From the NCBI RefSeq assembly GCF_006345805.1, contig NC_043015.1, positions 33,480,001-33,544,000 on the forward strand: a DNA stretch of 64,000 nt, in the 5' to 3' direction. This stretch comes from Octopus sinensis (Eukaryota). The number at the start of each line of letters is the position of its first letter. The stretch's first letter is position 1. Shown here piece after piece: positions 1-11,984 of the stretch. The notes beneath the pieces are model-generated. The model did no database searches, was not told the DNA's origin, and saw nothing but the letters and a program-made list of their open reading frames with translations. The position numbers and the translations under genes were made by a program.

Positions 1-110
1 AGCAGATAGAAATGACTTCTTGGCTGTCCCACTTTTGACCCAGTGGAACAACGAGGATGTGACAGCGGAAGAGAAGGGCTGTACGTACTATCACCAAGCT
101 GGTCCTCACT

Positions 111-331
111 TTAACCCTTTCATTACCAACCCGGCTGAAACTGGCTCTGGCTCTTTAGTATAAATGTTTTGTTTTCATAAGTTTTGAATTCAAATCTTCC
201 ACCAAATCTTAGTCACAATTTATGTTCTTAACACTAGCTCAATGATAATGATGTTATTTTACTCGTTATATTTAACATAATTGGAAGAAACACAGAGCAT
301 CTCAAAATAAATACAGTAACGAAAGGGTTAA
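111..331. mobile_element. Non-autonomous TTAA-flanked (piggyBac-like) MITE, family A
   Basis: Left end ttaaccctttcattac (111-126); right end gtaacgaaagggttaa (316-331), whose reverse complement is ttaaccctttcgttac. TTAA/CCC ends are typical of piggyBac. Confidence 0.85.
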
Positions 332-503
332 CCCTTTAGTGCTCAGATAATTTTGTCAAATGTAGATGTGACCATTTTAAATATCATTCTAAAAATGAAT
401 GATATTGTAAAGTAGGTGTGAAACACTGGATCTGGCCAGTTTAAACCTACAACAAGGAGAATATTTTGTCTGGATGTGGCCAGTTTAAATGCTGAAGATT
501 TAA
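328..503 (+). mobile_element. Non-autonomous TTAA-flanked (piggyBac-like) MITE, family B
   Basis: Starts ttaaccctttag and ends aaatgctgaagatttaa (degenerate TIR). The interior (gatctggccagttt...ggatgtggccagtttaaatgc) is shared with copies at 5905, 30863 and 49986. Confidence 0.75.
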
Positions 504-927
504 ACTGAGTAGACTGGGCTAATGTGAAATGAATTGTCTTGTTTTGGGGCACAACATTCCAACTAATCTAGGAATTGAACTCCTGTGATTATGAACTCAA
601 CAATCTAACCACTAGACCACATCTTTTACAGTATAAGTGTATGTGGGAAAAGAAACTGGGGGTTATCTAATGATTGAAATAAGGTTGACCCTTTTGGTCA
701 ACTTTAGACCTCAGGAGGCTGGGAAGAAACCTTATTTTATTGTTAGCTTGTTTTACTTACACACACACACACACACATGAAACAGCTGAATCGATGCAAC
801 TATTGATGGTTATATCTGCAAATAAGTACAAAATGTTTGCAAAATAGATGGAATTATTTTGCTATAAGAAACAGGCAAAAGCTGCACGTGCACGCATGAG
901 AGAGAGGAGGGAAAGAAGTTGGAGGTT

Positions 928-1235
928 GGTGATAGTGATGATGATGATAGTGATGATAGTGATGATAATGGTGGTAGCAATGGTGTGATGGTGTGTGGTA
1001 TGCAAAAGCAGAGATGGTGATTATGGAACTGGTGAATGTGATGGTTGTGATAATGGTGTTGCTGGTGATATTGATAATGTTAATTATGGTGATGGCAGTG
1101 GTATTTGTGATAGTGATGGCGATGTTAGTGATGGTGGTGGTGGTGGTGATGTTAGTGATGGTGGTGGTGGTGATGGCGGTGGTGATGCTAGTGGCTGGTG
1201 GTAGTGCTGATGGTATTGCTGGTAAATGGTTATGG
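928..1235. repeat. Imperfect (GAT/GGT)n low-complexity tract
   Basis: Runs of gatgat/ggtggt; explains the three overlapping low-complexity ORFs at 854-1427. Confidence 0.9.
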
Positions 1236-2467
1236 ATTATGGAATTGGTAAAACTTACTTTTGAGAGAAAGACTTTTGGGGATTGTAGATGGTGGAGTGG
1301 TAAAAGAAAGGGTTTTAAAAGGCAGAAGATAGAAAGAAATACATTAAAAGTAATAGTTCTAACAACAACAACAACTAGTATAGAAAAAGAAAACAATAAG
1401 AAGCTAGCTATTTACCCTTCAACCTAAACTCTACCCCCAATAGGTTAGATTACATAGCATAACAGGAGGTCAAGTCAGCAAAGAAAAGTAGGGAGAAGAG
1501 ATTTCTACCATCTCCTGAGAATGACAAACTAACCAAATTCCCATGATGCATTTCCCCTCTTCCATCATGTAACTAACCAACAATCCAAGCATCCAACTTC
1601 TTCCTCTGTAGACTTAACCCCCCCCCATCCTTCCCCTTCAGTTTTTCAGCAATCTCAACCAATATTCCCATTCCATATGTTGGTATAAGAGCAAATATAT
1701 TGGTGAGATTCAATGCTGAAGAAATATAACAATCCCAGATGGGGATGAAAAAGAAAAAGAAAGAAGAAAGAAAAATCCATCCCCTGACATTCCTTAAAAA
1801 AAAATAACAAAAACAAAAAGACATATTTCGAATACAAGGAATTCTAAAAGTTGCCAGCAGAGTGAAAGAACACAAGAAAAAAGATGGTTGGGAACAAAGA
1901 AATTGAAAAGTAACCTCACTCCTAAAACAACAACAACAACAAGTTGCCATAATGCAATGCTATGTCAATGCTGTCAAGTTGAGAGTTTATGATAGCAGAT
2001 GACATATTCTGAGAAGGAACCACATAAAAAAGCATCAATAAACAAACTACGAATAAGATGAAAAGAAGAATCAATAAGGAAAAGTAGATTTTTTTTTGTT
2101 TTGTTTTTTTCCTTTCTCAAGACATGATGTGAAATAATAGAAGCAGTTCCTGGAAATGTTCTAACTCTTTTCAAGGACAATAGAAAACCGGTTTATATTT
2201 AAAGTGGTATTTCAAAAAATATCCCTGTAAAAAAAAAATGAAAATATTATAAAAGGAAAAGAAATATTGGTATTAAATTGAGGTTGAAGACGAAAAGAAG
2301 AGTACAGCTGACGAACGGTGATTGATTGCCTTCCCATAAAGGAAGGGCTTTTATGAGTCCAAGTAAACTGATGGACATGAAAATTAAGGAGAACAATAGG
2401 TAATTTGGCTCTGAGAATCGCACTAGATGAAGAGCGACAAATTGATGGTCACAATAAAGGAACTTAA

Positions 2468-2771
2468 AGACCCCCTTCAGTCATGAATGACCATAGGATT
2501 GCATCTAGAAAGTTCCCCTCCAAGGCACAAATCCAGGCAAGATTGTTTATGGAAGACCAGCAGTCACCCATGCATCCCTCTCCATGCCACTGATGTTATC
2601 CAAGGGAAAGGCAAAGGGGCCGATACAGCTTGGCACCTGTGACGTCACAACTCATTTCTACAGGTGAGTGAACTGGAGCAACATGAAATAAACACAATAC
2701 ACAGCCCAATCTGGGAATTGAACTGGTGATTGTGAGCTCAATGATCTAACCACTGAGCCATGCACCTTCAC
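2468..2771 (-). mobile_element. tRNA-derived CORE-like SINE (family C)
   Basis: Reverse complement reads gtgaaggtgcatggctcagtggttaga (A-box-like), a B-box remnant gttcaattccc, then the core tttatttcatgttgctccagttcactcacctgtagaaatgagtt and a tail. Confidence 0.8.
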
Positions 2772-2819
2772 TAAAGGAATATGCTAAGTGATGATTGCAC
2801 TAGGGGAGAGTCAGGCATA

Positions 2820-3635
2820 AGAAGGACCAAATGAGGACCACACTAAGTAAATAAAAACTTAGAGACCATGTATAAGGAATGACCAGTAAAATCCTACTGA
2901 AAATTAATTACCACCGTAAGACCATCGGATGACTGACCAGTAAACACCAAACTAGAGGAACAACCAACCAAACACCATACAAGATTACTGATGAGTCAAA
3001 GATCACCCGAGATCAGTGCTTCTCAACCCTTTTTTTGCCTATGGACCCCTCTGATACCTACTTTACTCTATTGGACCTTCATAGACATTTGAAGTATATA
3101 AAAAAAATACTACTGTATTGTTATAATTAAATATCATTAAAAGTTATCACCAAGCTAGAGAGACTTAGAAATAATAATAATAATAATTCTATTTAAATAT
3201 TATTAGGAATTGCACAAAGAAAATTGTTAAAATATTTTGTGTATTGAAGAAGAATAACCGATTCATTGCAGATAAAACTTAACAAAATCTTATATGGACT
3301 CACAAGGACCATAGGGAACATGGTTAAAAAATCACTGTCCTAGATTAATGATAAGTCAAAATACCACATTAGTTGAATGACCAGTGAAAGACCATACTTA
3401 CCATATAACCAATCAAAGACCAGATTAAATGAATGTCCTTTCAGAGACCACACAAGAAATACCATACTAGAGGAATGACCAGTGAAACATCGCATTAGAT
3501 GAATGGTGAGTCAAAACCATACAAGAAGAATAGCCAGTGAAAGACCTTACTAGAGAGAAATGACCAGTGAAACATGTTAGATGAATAGCCAATCAATGGC
3601 CACACAAAACAAATGACCAGTGAAAGACTGCACTA
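2820..3635. repeat. Degenerate ~25-bp-unit minisatellite, interrupted by a MITE at 3014-3337
   Basis: Recurring core (g/a)aatgaccagtgaaa / accatactaga near 2877, 2932, 3376, 3473, 3529, 3558 and 3612. Confidence 0.65.
3014..3337 (+). mobile_element. hAT-like MITE
   Basis: TIRs cagtgcttctcaacc / ggttaaaaaatcactg; degenerate 8-bp TSD cccgagat (3006-3013) / tcctagat (3338-3345); same family as 19050-19298. Confidence 0.8.
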
Positions 3636-4760
3636 CATAAACTGGTAATAAAAATAGTGAGAGGATACATTGTTATAAATATCTGATCTGCATAGAAAAA
3701 CAGACAGACAGACATAAATAAATAAAAACACACACAGATGTATGCATATCATGGTGATAGTGCTGGTGATGATGATGATGATGTCAGAATTAACTATATC
3801 TGATGAAGAATTGTGAGATTTAGTCAGATTTTGCAATTTATTCGATATTGTTTTTCACTTCTTTCTAAAATTAAAATATTACAAATTTCAAAGAAAAAGA
3901 ATTAGATAACAATAACTTATATTTGTTTTATGTTATTGAATCTATTCAATATCAGTTTCTAACGTGATCTTCACATGTGTATACACACACATCTATATTC
4001 ATGATCTGGAATGTATGTAAGTGTGTGTGTATACAGACACACCCACACACCCATGCTAGATTAAATGCTAGACATTAAATGATGATATATATATATATAG
4101 ACATATACATTCATATGAATGTGTGCGTGTGTGTATATATATATATATATACTTATATATATACACATACATATATATATATATATATTGTATAGAGGGC
4201 ATTATTACACATAAATGCCTCACACTAGGAGGGACAAAGTCATTACTACCAAAATTATACTAATCATACCCAAATGCAGTTTTTCAAAGCAAGACATTTA
4301 AAAAAATGAATTTAGTTCTGTATCACCGTGATTTCACATTCAACTTACGTCTAATGATCGTCAGCAGAACTGATTCTGAACACATCATAAATAAACTACC
4401 AACCTTACGTAGCGAAGACGAACAGACAACTGTATATACACACACACACGTTTTGGTAACAAACAAAAGAGTACTCACTACATAATGTAAAGTTGATCTA
4501 TGCAGGGTAGGCATCAAGGACATCTAGTTGAAGAACACTGATTCAAGAAGCCCAATCCAACCCATGCCAGCATAGAAAAGCAAATGTAAAACACTACTGC
4601 TGATGATGATTTACCTAACTGTAGGGTCCCCGTCCATCATGGCTGACAATGGGCTTCTTTTTTTAGAAAGCTCTTCTGCAAGGTGCATATCTAGGCAACG
4701 GTGTTTACAGTGGAAAGCCCAGCAGCTGATCACACATGCATCTCCTCTCTTGTTATTGCC

Positions 4761-4800
<40 letters not shown>
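4761..4800. repeat. (AAT)n microsatellite
   Basis: Perfect aataataat run. Confidence 0.95.
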
Positions 4801-4801
<1 letters not shown>

Positions 4802-5020
4802 GCAAGGTAAAGGTAATGAGAAATGTAGTTTGGTTTCAGAGTCATTTGTGGTGATGCAGTTGAAACAACACCAAGAGCCAGGACAGATACTGGATGGCAT
4901 CCCATTTGATTCTCAAACAGTTTAACTAGCCAACATCAGACTGGAACAATGATATACACACATACACATATATACTTAGGTGTGTGTGTGTGTGTGCATG
5001 TGTATATATACATACACATA

Positions 5021-5521
5021 CAGGGTGTGATGGGTAAACTGTTGCCATTTTATATTTTTAATTTCACACATGCACTTTGTTTGTTTTTGATTTTGTTAAC
5101 TATACAGTATTGTAGGGTCAGTTTGGCACTGTGAGAAAAACAACACCATGACGAAATTCACTCTGCCAGAAATTTGGAAACGACATGCTGTACTGCTTTG
5201 CATTCGTGCCAGAAGCTCCAATAGAATCATTTCAGAGTGTTTGGGTGTCAATCTGAGGAGGACAAGTACTGAAAGTGATAAAAATCAAGCATCCAGTCAA
5301 CATCATGGTGTTTGGAGTGATCACTAGTGATGGCAATGCTATGTCTCCATTCATCTTCCCAGGAGGCCTATGTCAAGTGCCTGAAGGATGTAGTGCTGCC
5401 CTGGGTCAAGAGGGTGGCTGCTGGAAGACCTATGTCTGGAAACAGGACTCTGCATCATGCCATACAAGCAGAAGAACCCAGTCATGGCTGTCAGACAATT
5501 TCTGTGACCACATCACCCCTC
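5021..5521 (+). mobile_element. Tc1/mariner-superfamily (maT/DD37D-like) transposon remnant, internally deleted and frameshifted
   Basis: TA|CAGGGTG left end. ATG at 5148 gives MTKFTLPEIWKRHAVLLCIRARSSNRIISECLGVNLR (HTH region), followed by IKHPVNIMVFGVITSDGNAMSPFIFP / AYVKCLKDVVLPWVKRVAAGRP / YVWKQDSASCHTSRRTQSWLSDNFCDHITP with the second catalytic D. The third D and right TIR are absent, so the subfamily is inferred. Confidence 0.85.
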
Positions 5522-5867
5522 CACAATGTATTGAACTTGTTTTGTGTATGACTTTTGGCCCAGACTGTATGTACATAGATATGTACATGTTGGTAGCTAG
5601 TAAATATTGTTGGGCATACAGCTAGACTAAAGTTAAACGCAAGAAAAAGGTATTGTATTTTCTGTGGGTTTCAAGAATGACCGTTCACTTTTGTTCACCA
5701 ACTGAATTCCTAACCCTGGAGCACTTTGTAAACATATGTAGCCTCAATGTTATTCTCAAGCTGGATCAGTGTGACACAGTAGATGAGAAGGTTACACCTT
5801 CAGTGTTTGAGTTATAGAAGCAATCAGAGAGAGAGGGGTGAAGAGAGAGAGGGAGAGAGAGGAGAAT

Positions 5868-6210
5868 TGGCCCCCTCAGTCCTAGATTAGTACTTCGTCA
5901 ATCCCAAAAGAATTAGCATTCACATTACTCAGTCAAATGTAATGTTTATTTATTCCAATTGCTTTGAATTTATTCTTCATTATGTTGCAGCTTCAAGATT
6001 ACAATGATGTGACTGTTTATGTTTGGATTGACATTGTAGGATAAAGTGTAAGAGGCCTGATCTGGCTGGTGGAATATTTGGGCTGGATATGGCTGGTTTA
6101 TATGGTAAAGAGCTAAAAGCAGGCCCACCTCACTGGGATTTGAACCCCAGAGGCAGAGAGGCCAAACTAATAGCACAAGGCTCTTTACTAAATGCACTAA
6201 TGCTTCTGCC
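5868..6210 (-). mobile_element. Family A SINE (minus) carrying a nested family B TTAA MITE at ~5905-6116
   Basis: SINE core remnant before 5905 resumes at aaagcaggcccacctcactgggatttgaacccca...ctaatgcttctgcc; the insert matches MITE B (attagcattcacattactc...ggatatggctggtttatatggtaaagagctaa). Confidence 0.6.
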
Positions 6211-7639
6211 ACATTACTAACTTCAATAACATCATTATAACAAGCATATATTATTTCAAGTAGGAAAAATCTAAATTAAGTTTTCAACATTATTTAAATC
6301 AATTTTCTATGAATATGAGTACACACACACAGATACACACACACACACATATATATATATACACAGCACACAAGTCTATGGTGAGTTTAATCTTTCCTCC
6401 ATGTACACACACAGAAGGAGAGGTGGAGTATTATGTTATACACATGTTTACATATACTAGCAGAATCACAGAAAAATCCACACATAACAACATACATCTA
6501 CGTGTGTTCATATAATCACATTTAGAAAAGCAAACCAAAGACATTCCAGAGGAAATTCATCACGGAAAACAGAAGAAACAACAACTGCAACAACTATATT
6601 GGAAACCAAAGCAGGTGACTAAGTCTGTTGCTATGGAAACAAAGACATGTTATTAGTAGCAATTAATGAAAATTAAAGAAAAACAAAACCAAGTGACTCT
6701 CCTCCCCTCTTATTAATCTTTCTATAAAAAATACCGACAAAAGTGAAAGACAGTCATGGAAGCAGATAATGGTAAAATTGTGGAAGCGTAGTTTATAGGA
6801 AGACTGGAGAGTGGGGTGGAATTCTGGAGAATTTTGTGGATAAAACATAAATACACACATAATGTAATACGTATGTACCGCGTAACATTGAAATGTATAT
6901 ACACACACAGAGAAACACACATATAGATAGGAAAGCACATATGGAGAGAAACAGCATGTACATGCACACACACACACACACACACACTGAAAAACGTACA
7001 TGCCAATGAAATATATACATAAACAGAGAGAGAACATGAACTGACAGAAACACACATACAAAGAAACACATACATATATACAGAGAAATGCACACACACA
7101 CACACACTCACACAAGTATATACACTGAACAGACACAAAGCTAAAATAAATATAGAAAAGTAAGCAAATAAAATTACAAGAAAAAGAAATGAAATCAAAC
7201 AGCAATGACAACATGATCAACAAGATGGTCGGAACAAAAGATATCTGAAAGTTAGCGAAACAAAACAAAAATAAAATAATTAAAAAAAAAAATAAAATTT
7301 GAAACAAAATGATTTATAAAAACAAAGAAAATCTTTGTCAATGTGAAAATGTTAAATAGTTTGATTGACCTTTTAATGATCATGACTCGTTAGAGTTAAG
7401 TTGGAGTAAAAATGATGGAGATTGAAGTTGTTAATTAAATCAACCTTTTGTTTGTTGAGCCAGCAGAAGCTCGTGGTGATGCTAAGGTCAAGAAAGCAGG
7501 AAGAGAACTCCTTTGGTGCTGTTTAATCCCTGATCATTACTGTGGTTGTTTGTTTGATAGGTGGATCAACAATTCTTGGCTGTATATCTGATAGCTTTCT
7601 TAATTCTTGGTTGTTCGCTTAATAAGTATGTCACATCAT

Positions 7640-7870
7640 GTTGGCGGCGAGCTGGCAGAAACGTTAGCACACCGGGCGAAATGCCTAGCAGTATTTCGTC
7701 TGCTGCTACATTCTGAGTTCAAATTCCGCCGAAGTCGACTTTGCCTTTCATCCTTTCGGGGTCAATAAAACAAGTACCAGTTATGCACTGGGGTCGATAT
7801 AATTGACTTAATCCGTTTTGCCTGTCCTTGTTTGTCCCCTCTATGTTTAACCACTTGTGGGCAATAAAGA
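7640..7870 (+). mobile_element. tRNA-derived SINE, family A, with 19-bp TSD
   Basis: ggcggcgagctggcagaaacgttagc, B-box gagttcaaattcc, core gtcgactttgcctttcatcctttcgggg; TSD aataagtatgtcacatcat (7621-7639) / aataggtatgtcacatcat (7871-7889). Confidence 0.9.
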
Positions 7871-7945
7871 AATAGGTATGTCACATCATCTGTTTGAAAG
7901 GGTGGTCAACTTTTTACTATATGTTTGGTAATATACTAACTGTTG

Positions 7946-8158
7946 AAGGTGGAAAGATGGTAGAAATGTTAGCACGCTGGGCGAAATGCTTAGCGGTATT
8001 TTATCTATCTTTACATTCTGAGTTCAAATTCCGCCGAGATCAACTTTGCCTTTCATCCTTTCAGGGTCGATAAATTAAGTACCAGTTATGTACTAAAGTT
8101 GATCTAATCAACTGGCCCCTCCCGCCAAATTTCAGGCCTAGTGCCTAGAGTAGAAAAG
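7946..8158 (+). mobile_element. tRNA-derived SINE, family A
   Basis: Same head and core as 7640-7870; degenerate TSD aatatactaactgttg / aatataccaaattgttg. Confidence 0.85.
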
Positions 8159-9121
8159 AATATACCAAATTGTTGGTTATATATTTAATTGATCTGTCCC
8201 ATCTGTGGCTGTTTGACATGTCTGTCAAGTCTTGGCTATATGTCTGATAGGTCTGCCAACCCTGCAGCTGTTTGTTTGATAAATTTGTCAACACATGCTA
8301 TATGTTAGATAGGTTAATCAATTTTTGACTATATGTTTCATAGATCTGTTAGCTCTATGGCCTATATGCATGATAGGTCTGTTTCTTTTTTCTTTTTGTT
8401 TTTACATTTTAACTATGGATGAAGAGAAAATGTATCTCAAAGCAGTGTTCTTCAAAGTCTTATACATTGAGTAATGTTATTCTCATGAACAGAAATACAG
8501 TGATTGGTCAGTCTTTTGGATACACAGAACCAATGATGCAGCTGTTGCTAACCATTTATGACATAAAATATATATTACCATATAACAGACCAATTGCCAG
8601 TAGCCTGTCTCTGCACCTACTGGATCTTCTGATCAGTGTCTCATGGCAAGTGTCCAACATACAGCCACATGCTACATATACAGAACCCTCTTTCCCTTTG
8701 ATCCTATGGCATTCCAAGTCAGCCAACAGGTCAGCATTCCACCAGTTTTATTCCACTTATCTCTGATAGCACATGTGATTTATTCCTGATTCATCAGCTA
8801 GGTACATGGCTGAAACCATTCTTTTAGACAAGTTTCTTCACATCTCGTCCTCAACAAACTCTAAATGTCCCAAGTCCTACCATACCCAAAGAATCTCACC
8901 CACCCATCAAAACTGTAGTGCACCATCATTTACTGTGTAAAGAATGCCTTCATACATAACACGGGCCTCAAGTTTCCCAGTCTCCGAAACCTCAGCCAAT
9001 CACTTTGGTATCATCAAGCTGTAGAAAATCTGTCTCAGTGAACCCTGCCTAACCCATGCAAACATGGAAAAGTAGATGTTAAAACAATGAGAGGGAAGGA
9101 GTTGAGTGAGTATGTGTACAT

Positions 9122-9336
9122 ATCTTTTATCTTTTGTTTCAGTCCAAGCTGGGGCACACCTTGAAGAATTTTTAATCAAACAAATTGACCCCAGGACCTT
9201 TTATTTTAAAAGCCTGATACTTCCTATATTGATCTCTTTTGCCAAACCACTAGGTTACAAGGATGTAAACAGACCAACAATGGTTAAGTGGTGGTGGGGG
9301 ATAAACACAAATACACACATGCTTATATATATACAT

Positions 9337-9369
<33 letters not shown>

Positions 9370-9543
9370 TATATATGAATGACAGGCTTCTTTCAGTTTC
9401 TGTCTACCAAATTCACTCACAAGGCATTGATTAGCCCAAGGCTATAGTAGAAAATACTTGCCGAAGGTACCATGTAGTAGGACTGAACTTGGAACGTGCA
9501 GTTGGGAAGCAAGCTTCTTACCCTACAGCCACACATGTGCCTC
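9122..9543 (-). mobile_element. tRNA-derived SINE, family B, with internal (TA)n
   Basis: Reverse complement of the tgtggtaagaagcttgcttccc...ggatttggtagacggaaactgaaagaagccc family; internal (TA)n at ~9325-9376. Confidence 0.85.
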
Positions 9544-9553
9544 TATCTATCTA

Positions 9554-9645
<92 letters not shown>

Positions 9646-9648
<3 letters not shown>

Positions 9649-10023
9649 TAGCAGTATCGCCCGGCGTTGCTCAGGTTTGTAAGGGAAATAACTATAAAGC
9701 ATTTTTAGAGAGTTATAGCCAAAAAATAGCAAAAAAATGGAAAAAAAATGATGGTAAATTTTTTTTGAGAGTTAAAAAAGTGAAGTTGCGTCCCCTAGAC
9801 GGTCTGTAGTTTGGGTTTCTGATTCTCGACCCCATGTCGAATTTATCGATTTTTTTCAGAACTGAGGGAACTTTTCAAAATTTTCGCTGCGTTAGTTTTG
9901 AATTATGACATTGGGCTATGTGTGTGTCAAGTTTCATCAGAATCGGTTGAAAGCCGTGGTCAGGGTGAGGGTACAAGCTAACAGACACACAGAAAACGCA
10001 CAGACAAACTGCCGTTTATATAT

Positions 10024-10027
<4 letters not shown>
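9646..10027 (+). mobile_element. Non-autonomous Helitron/Helentron-like (HINE/DINE-1-type) element inside a (TA)n array
   Basis: 5' end tactagcagtatcgcccggcgttgctc; 3' part gtcaagtttcatcagaatcggttgaaagccgtgg...acagacacacag...aaactgccgtttatatatagat. This layout is typical of HINE/Lep1-like elements. No TSD can be discerned; (TA)n on both sides (9560-9645, 10028-10097). Confidence 0.7.
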
Positions 10028-10100
<73 letters not shown>

Positions 10101-11984
10101 AATAGTCATGTTTGCAATACTTCTGATCATACTTGCTCTCACTGACCCAAGGCTAAACAATAAAACTAGGAGTGTTGCTTAATCCTAGATCAACTTAGAT
10201 TAAGTAAAACTATGAGCAAAGACATTCCAGCTATCAATACATTTTTTGATAGCAAGGACTACCCTACCCAATACACCCCCACTTTTTTTTAAAACATTAG
10301 TGTGTCATTTGACTGCTATTTCATGCAGACCAAGGAACCATGTCGAGATATCTCACAAGCTATTTACATTCATCCTTGAAGTTCTTTTGAGCTAGGATTT
10401 ATAAATGGATTCCTTGAAGTTGTTTAATGGAAATTCGTGACCACCACCACCTCACTCCCATCATCATTATCATCACGACTGCTATAACAGAGTCCCTAAT
10501 AGTGCATCATCATCATCATCATCTCAGCTACACCACCACCACAAGACCATCACTCCCACTAAAACCACTATCCCCAATACTGTACCATCACCGTTACAAC
10601 CACAACTAACGCCACCACCACCACCACCACTGCTACCGCCATCAGTACCACCACCATCACTAGTGAGATGCTTAACTATGATGGTAAAAAAATATAAAAT
10701 TTATAGCTGAGTTTTTATCAATGATTTACCATTTTAAAGTCAGATGTTAAATCTATCACGCACCAATACTACCACCACCACCACCACCACGACATCAACA
10801 TTACACACCTCCCCCACATCTACCACCACCATTACCACATCAACAATGACATAAGCTGTCTTCAGTTTGAAGAGTTTCAGTCTAAAGTATAACAATATCT
10901 ACTGATGTTGCTGCTAAATATATATTTTAATATCAATTTACAACCAAACAGGGAAGTGGGGGGGACCCCGCTCACATACCCCTCTACCAACCTAGCCCCA
11001 CCCAGAAAAATCAACAACTTAAAAAGGAAAGTTGTAAAAATTCATTAAAGAAAAAAATTAAAAAAATATAGAAATATGAACAACCAACAAAAAGAGAACA
11101 AAGCAGAAGTTTGATTTGATGAAAAACTAAAAATATAAGACTGTCAAAACAACATCTGACAACAGCAGCAACATTGACAACATCACCAGCAGCATGGACA
11201 ACAACGACAGCGTCTACAATTACAGCATCTATAACAACATTTACAATTACAGTATGAAACAGTAGGTACAACATCAACATCATCATCTACATTAACTAAA
11301 TGCTTTTTATAAATTTAGAATTATAAACATATAGCTACATATGTACCTATCTACACACACATAATTACACACATAATACACACACTTATACATACATACA
11401 TACATATATAGATGCATATATATATATATATACATGCATGCATTTATATATGTACACATACAAATATATATACACATATTTATGCATGCATACACAATAA
11501 TGTGTACAGCAGCTACAATACCATGTATAACAACAACAAACAAACAAACAAACAAGATGATTTCTGCTCCGCTCTCCTGTCTAAACTACCAAACAACAAA
11601 CCAACACTGGATATAAACCAATGTTTTTTTTTCAGTTGTGAAATATTGAAACCAACATTTCTATGAAATGGAAATCATTTTCAAGTTAATTATAGCAACT
11701 GACATTGAAATGTATTCTTTTCTTTTTTTAATAAACATACACACACATGTACATATATATTATATGCATACACTCTCATACACATACATATTTACACACA
11801 CACAGACACACATATATACACACACACACACACACATATATACACACACTTATATACACACATATATATACACACACACACATACATATACATACACACA
11901 TAAGATCACACATATACATATAAATATATTACATAACACACACAATGGCCACACTTTTTCAAAATTCTATCTCCAAGTTACATA

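Larger units (their letters stand above)
90..622 (-). mobile_element. tRNA-derived CORE-like SINE (family C), split by two MITE insertions at one TTAA
   Basis: ccaagctggtcctcact before 111 rejoins actgagtagactggg...ggaattgaactc...ctaaccact at 504-622; this matches the reverse complement of the same SINE head and core seen at 2468-2771 and 27518-27843. Confidence 0.6.

Noticed and set aside
2-162. Open frame at the window start (ADRNDFLAVPLLTQWNNED...)
   Set aside because: It runs through a SINE fragment and into a MITE TIR.
854-1427. 144-180 aa ORFs rich in T/H/V/G/D
   Set aside because: Translations of (GAT/GGT)n repeats, open in several frames on both strands, with no domain.
6663-7307. 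214-aa and 158-aa minus-strand ORFs
   Set aside because: Produced by (CA)n and A-rich low-complexity sequence.
7640-7740. tRNA-like A/B boxes (here and in other SINE heads)
   Set aside because: They run into SINE core and tail sequence, recur as diverged copies with TSDs and lack a full cloverleaf, so they are not tRNA genes.
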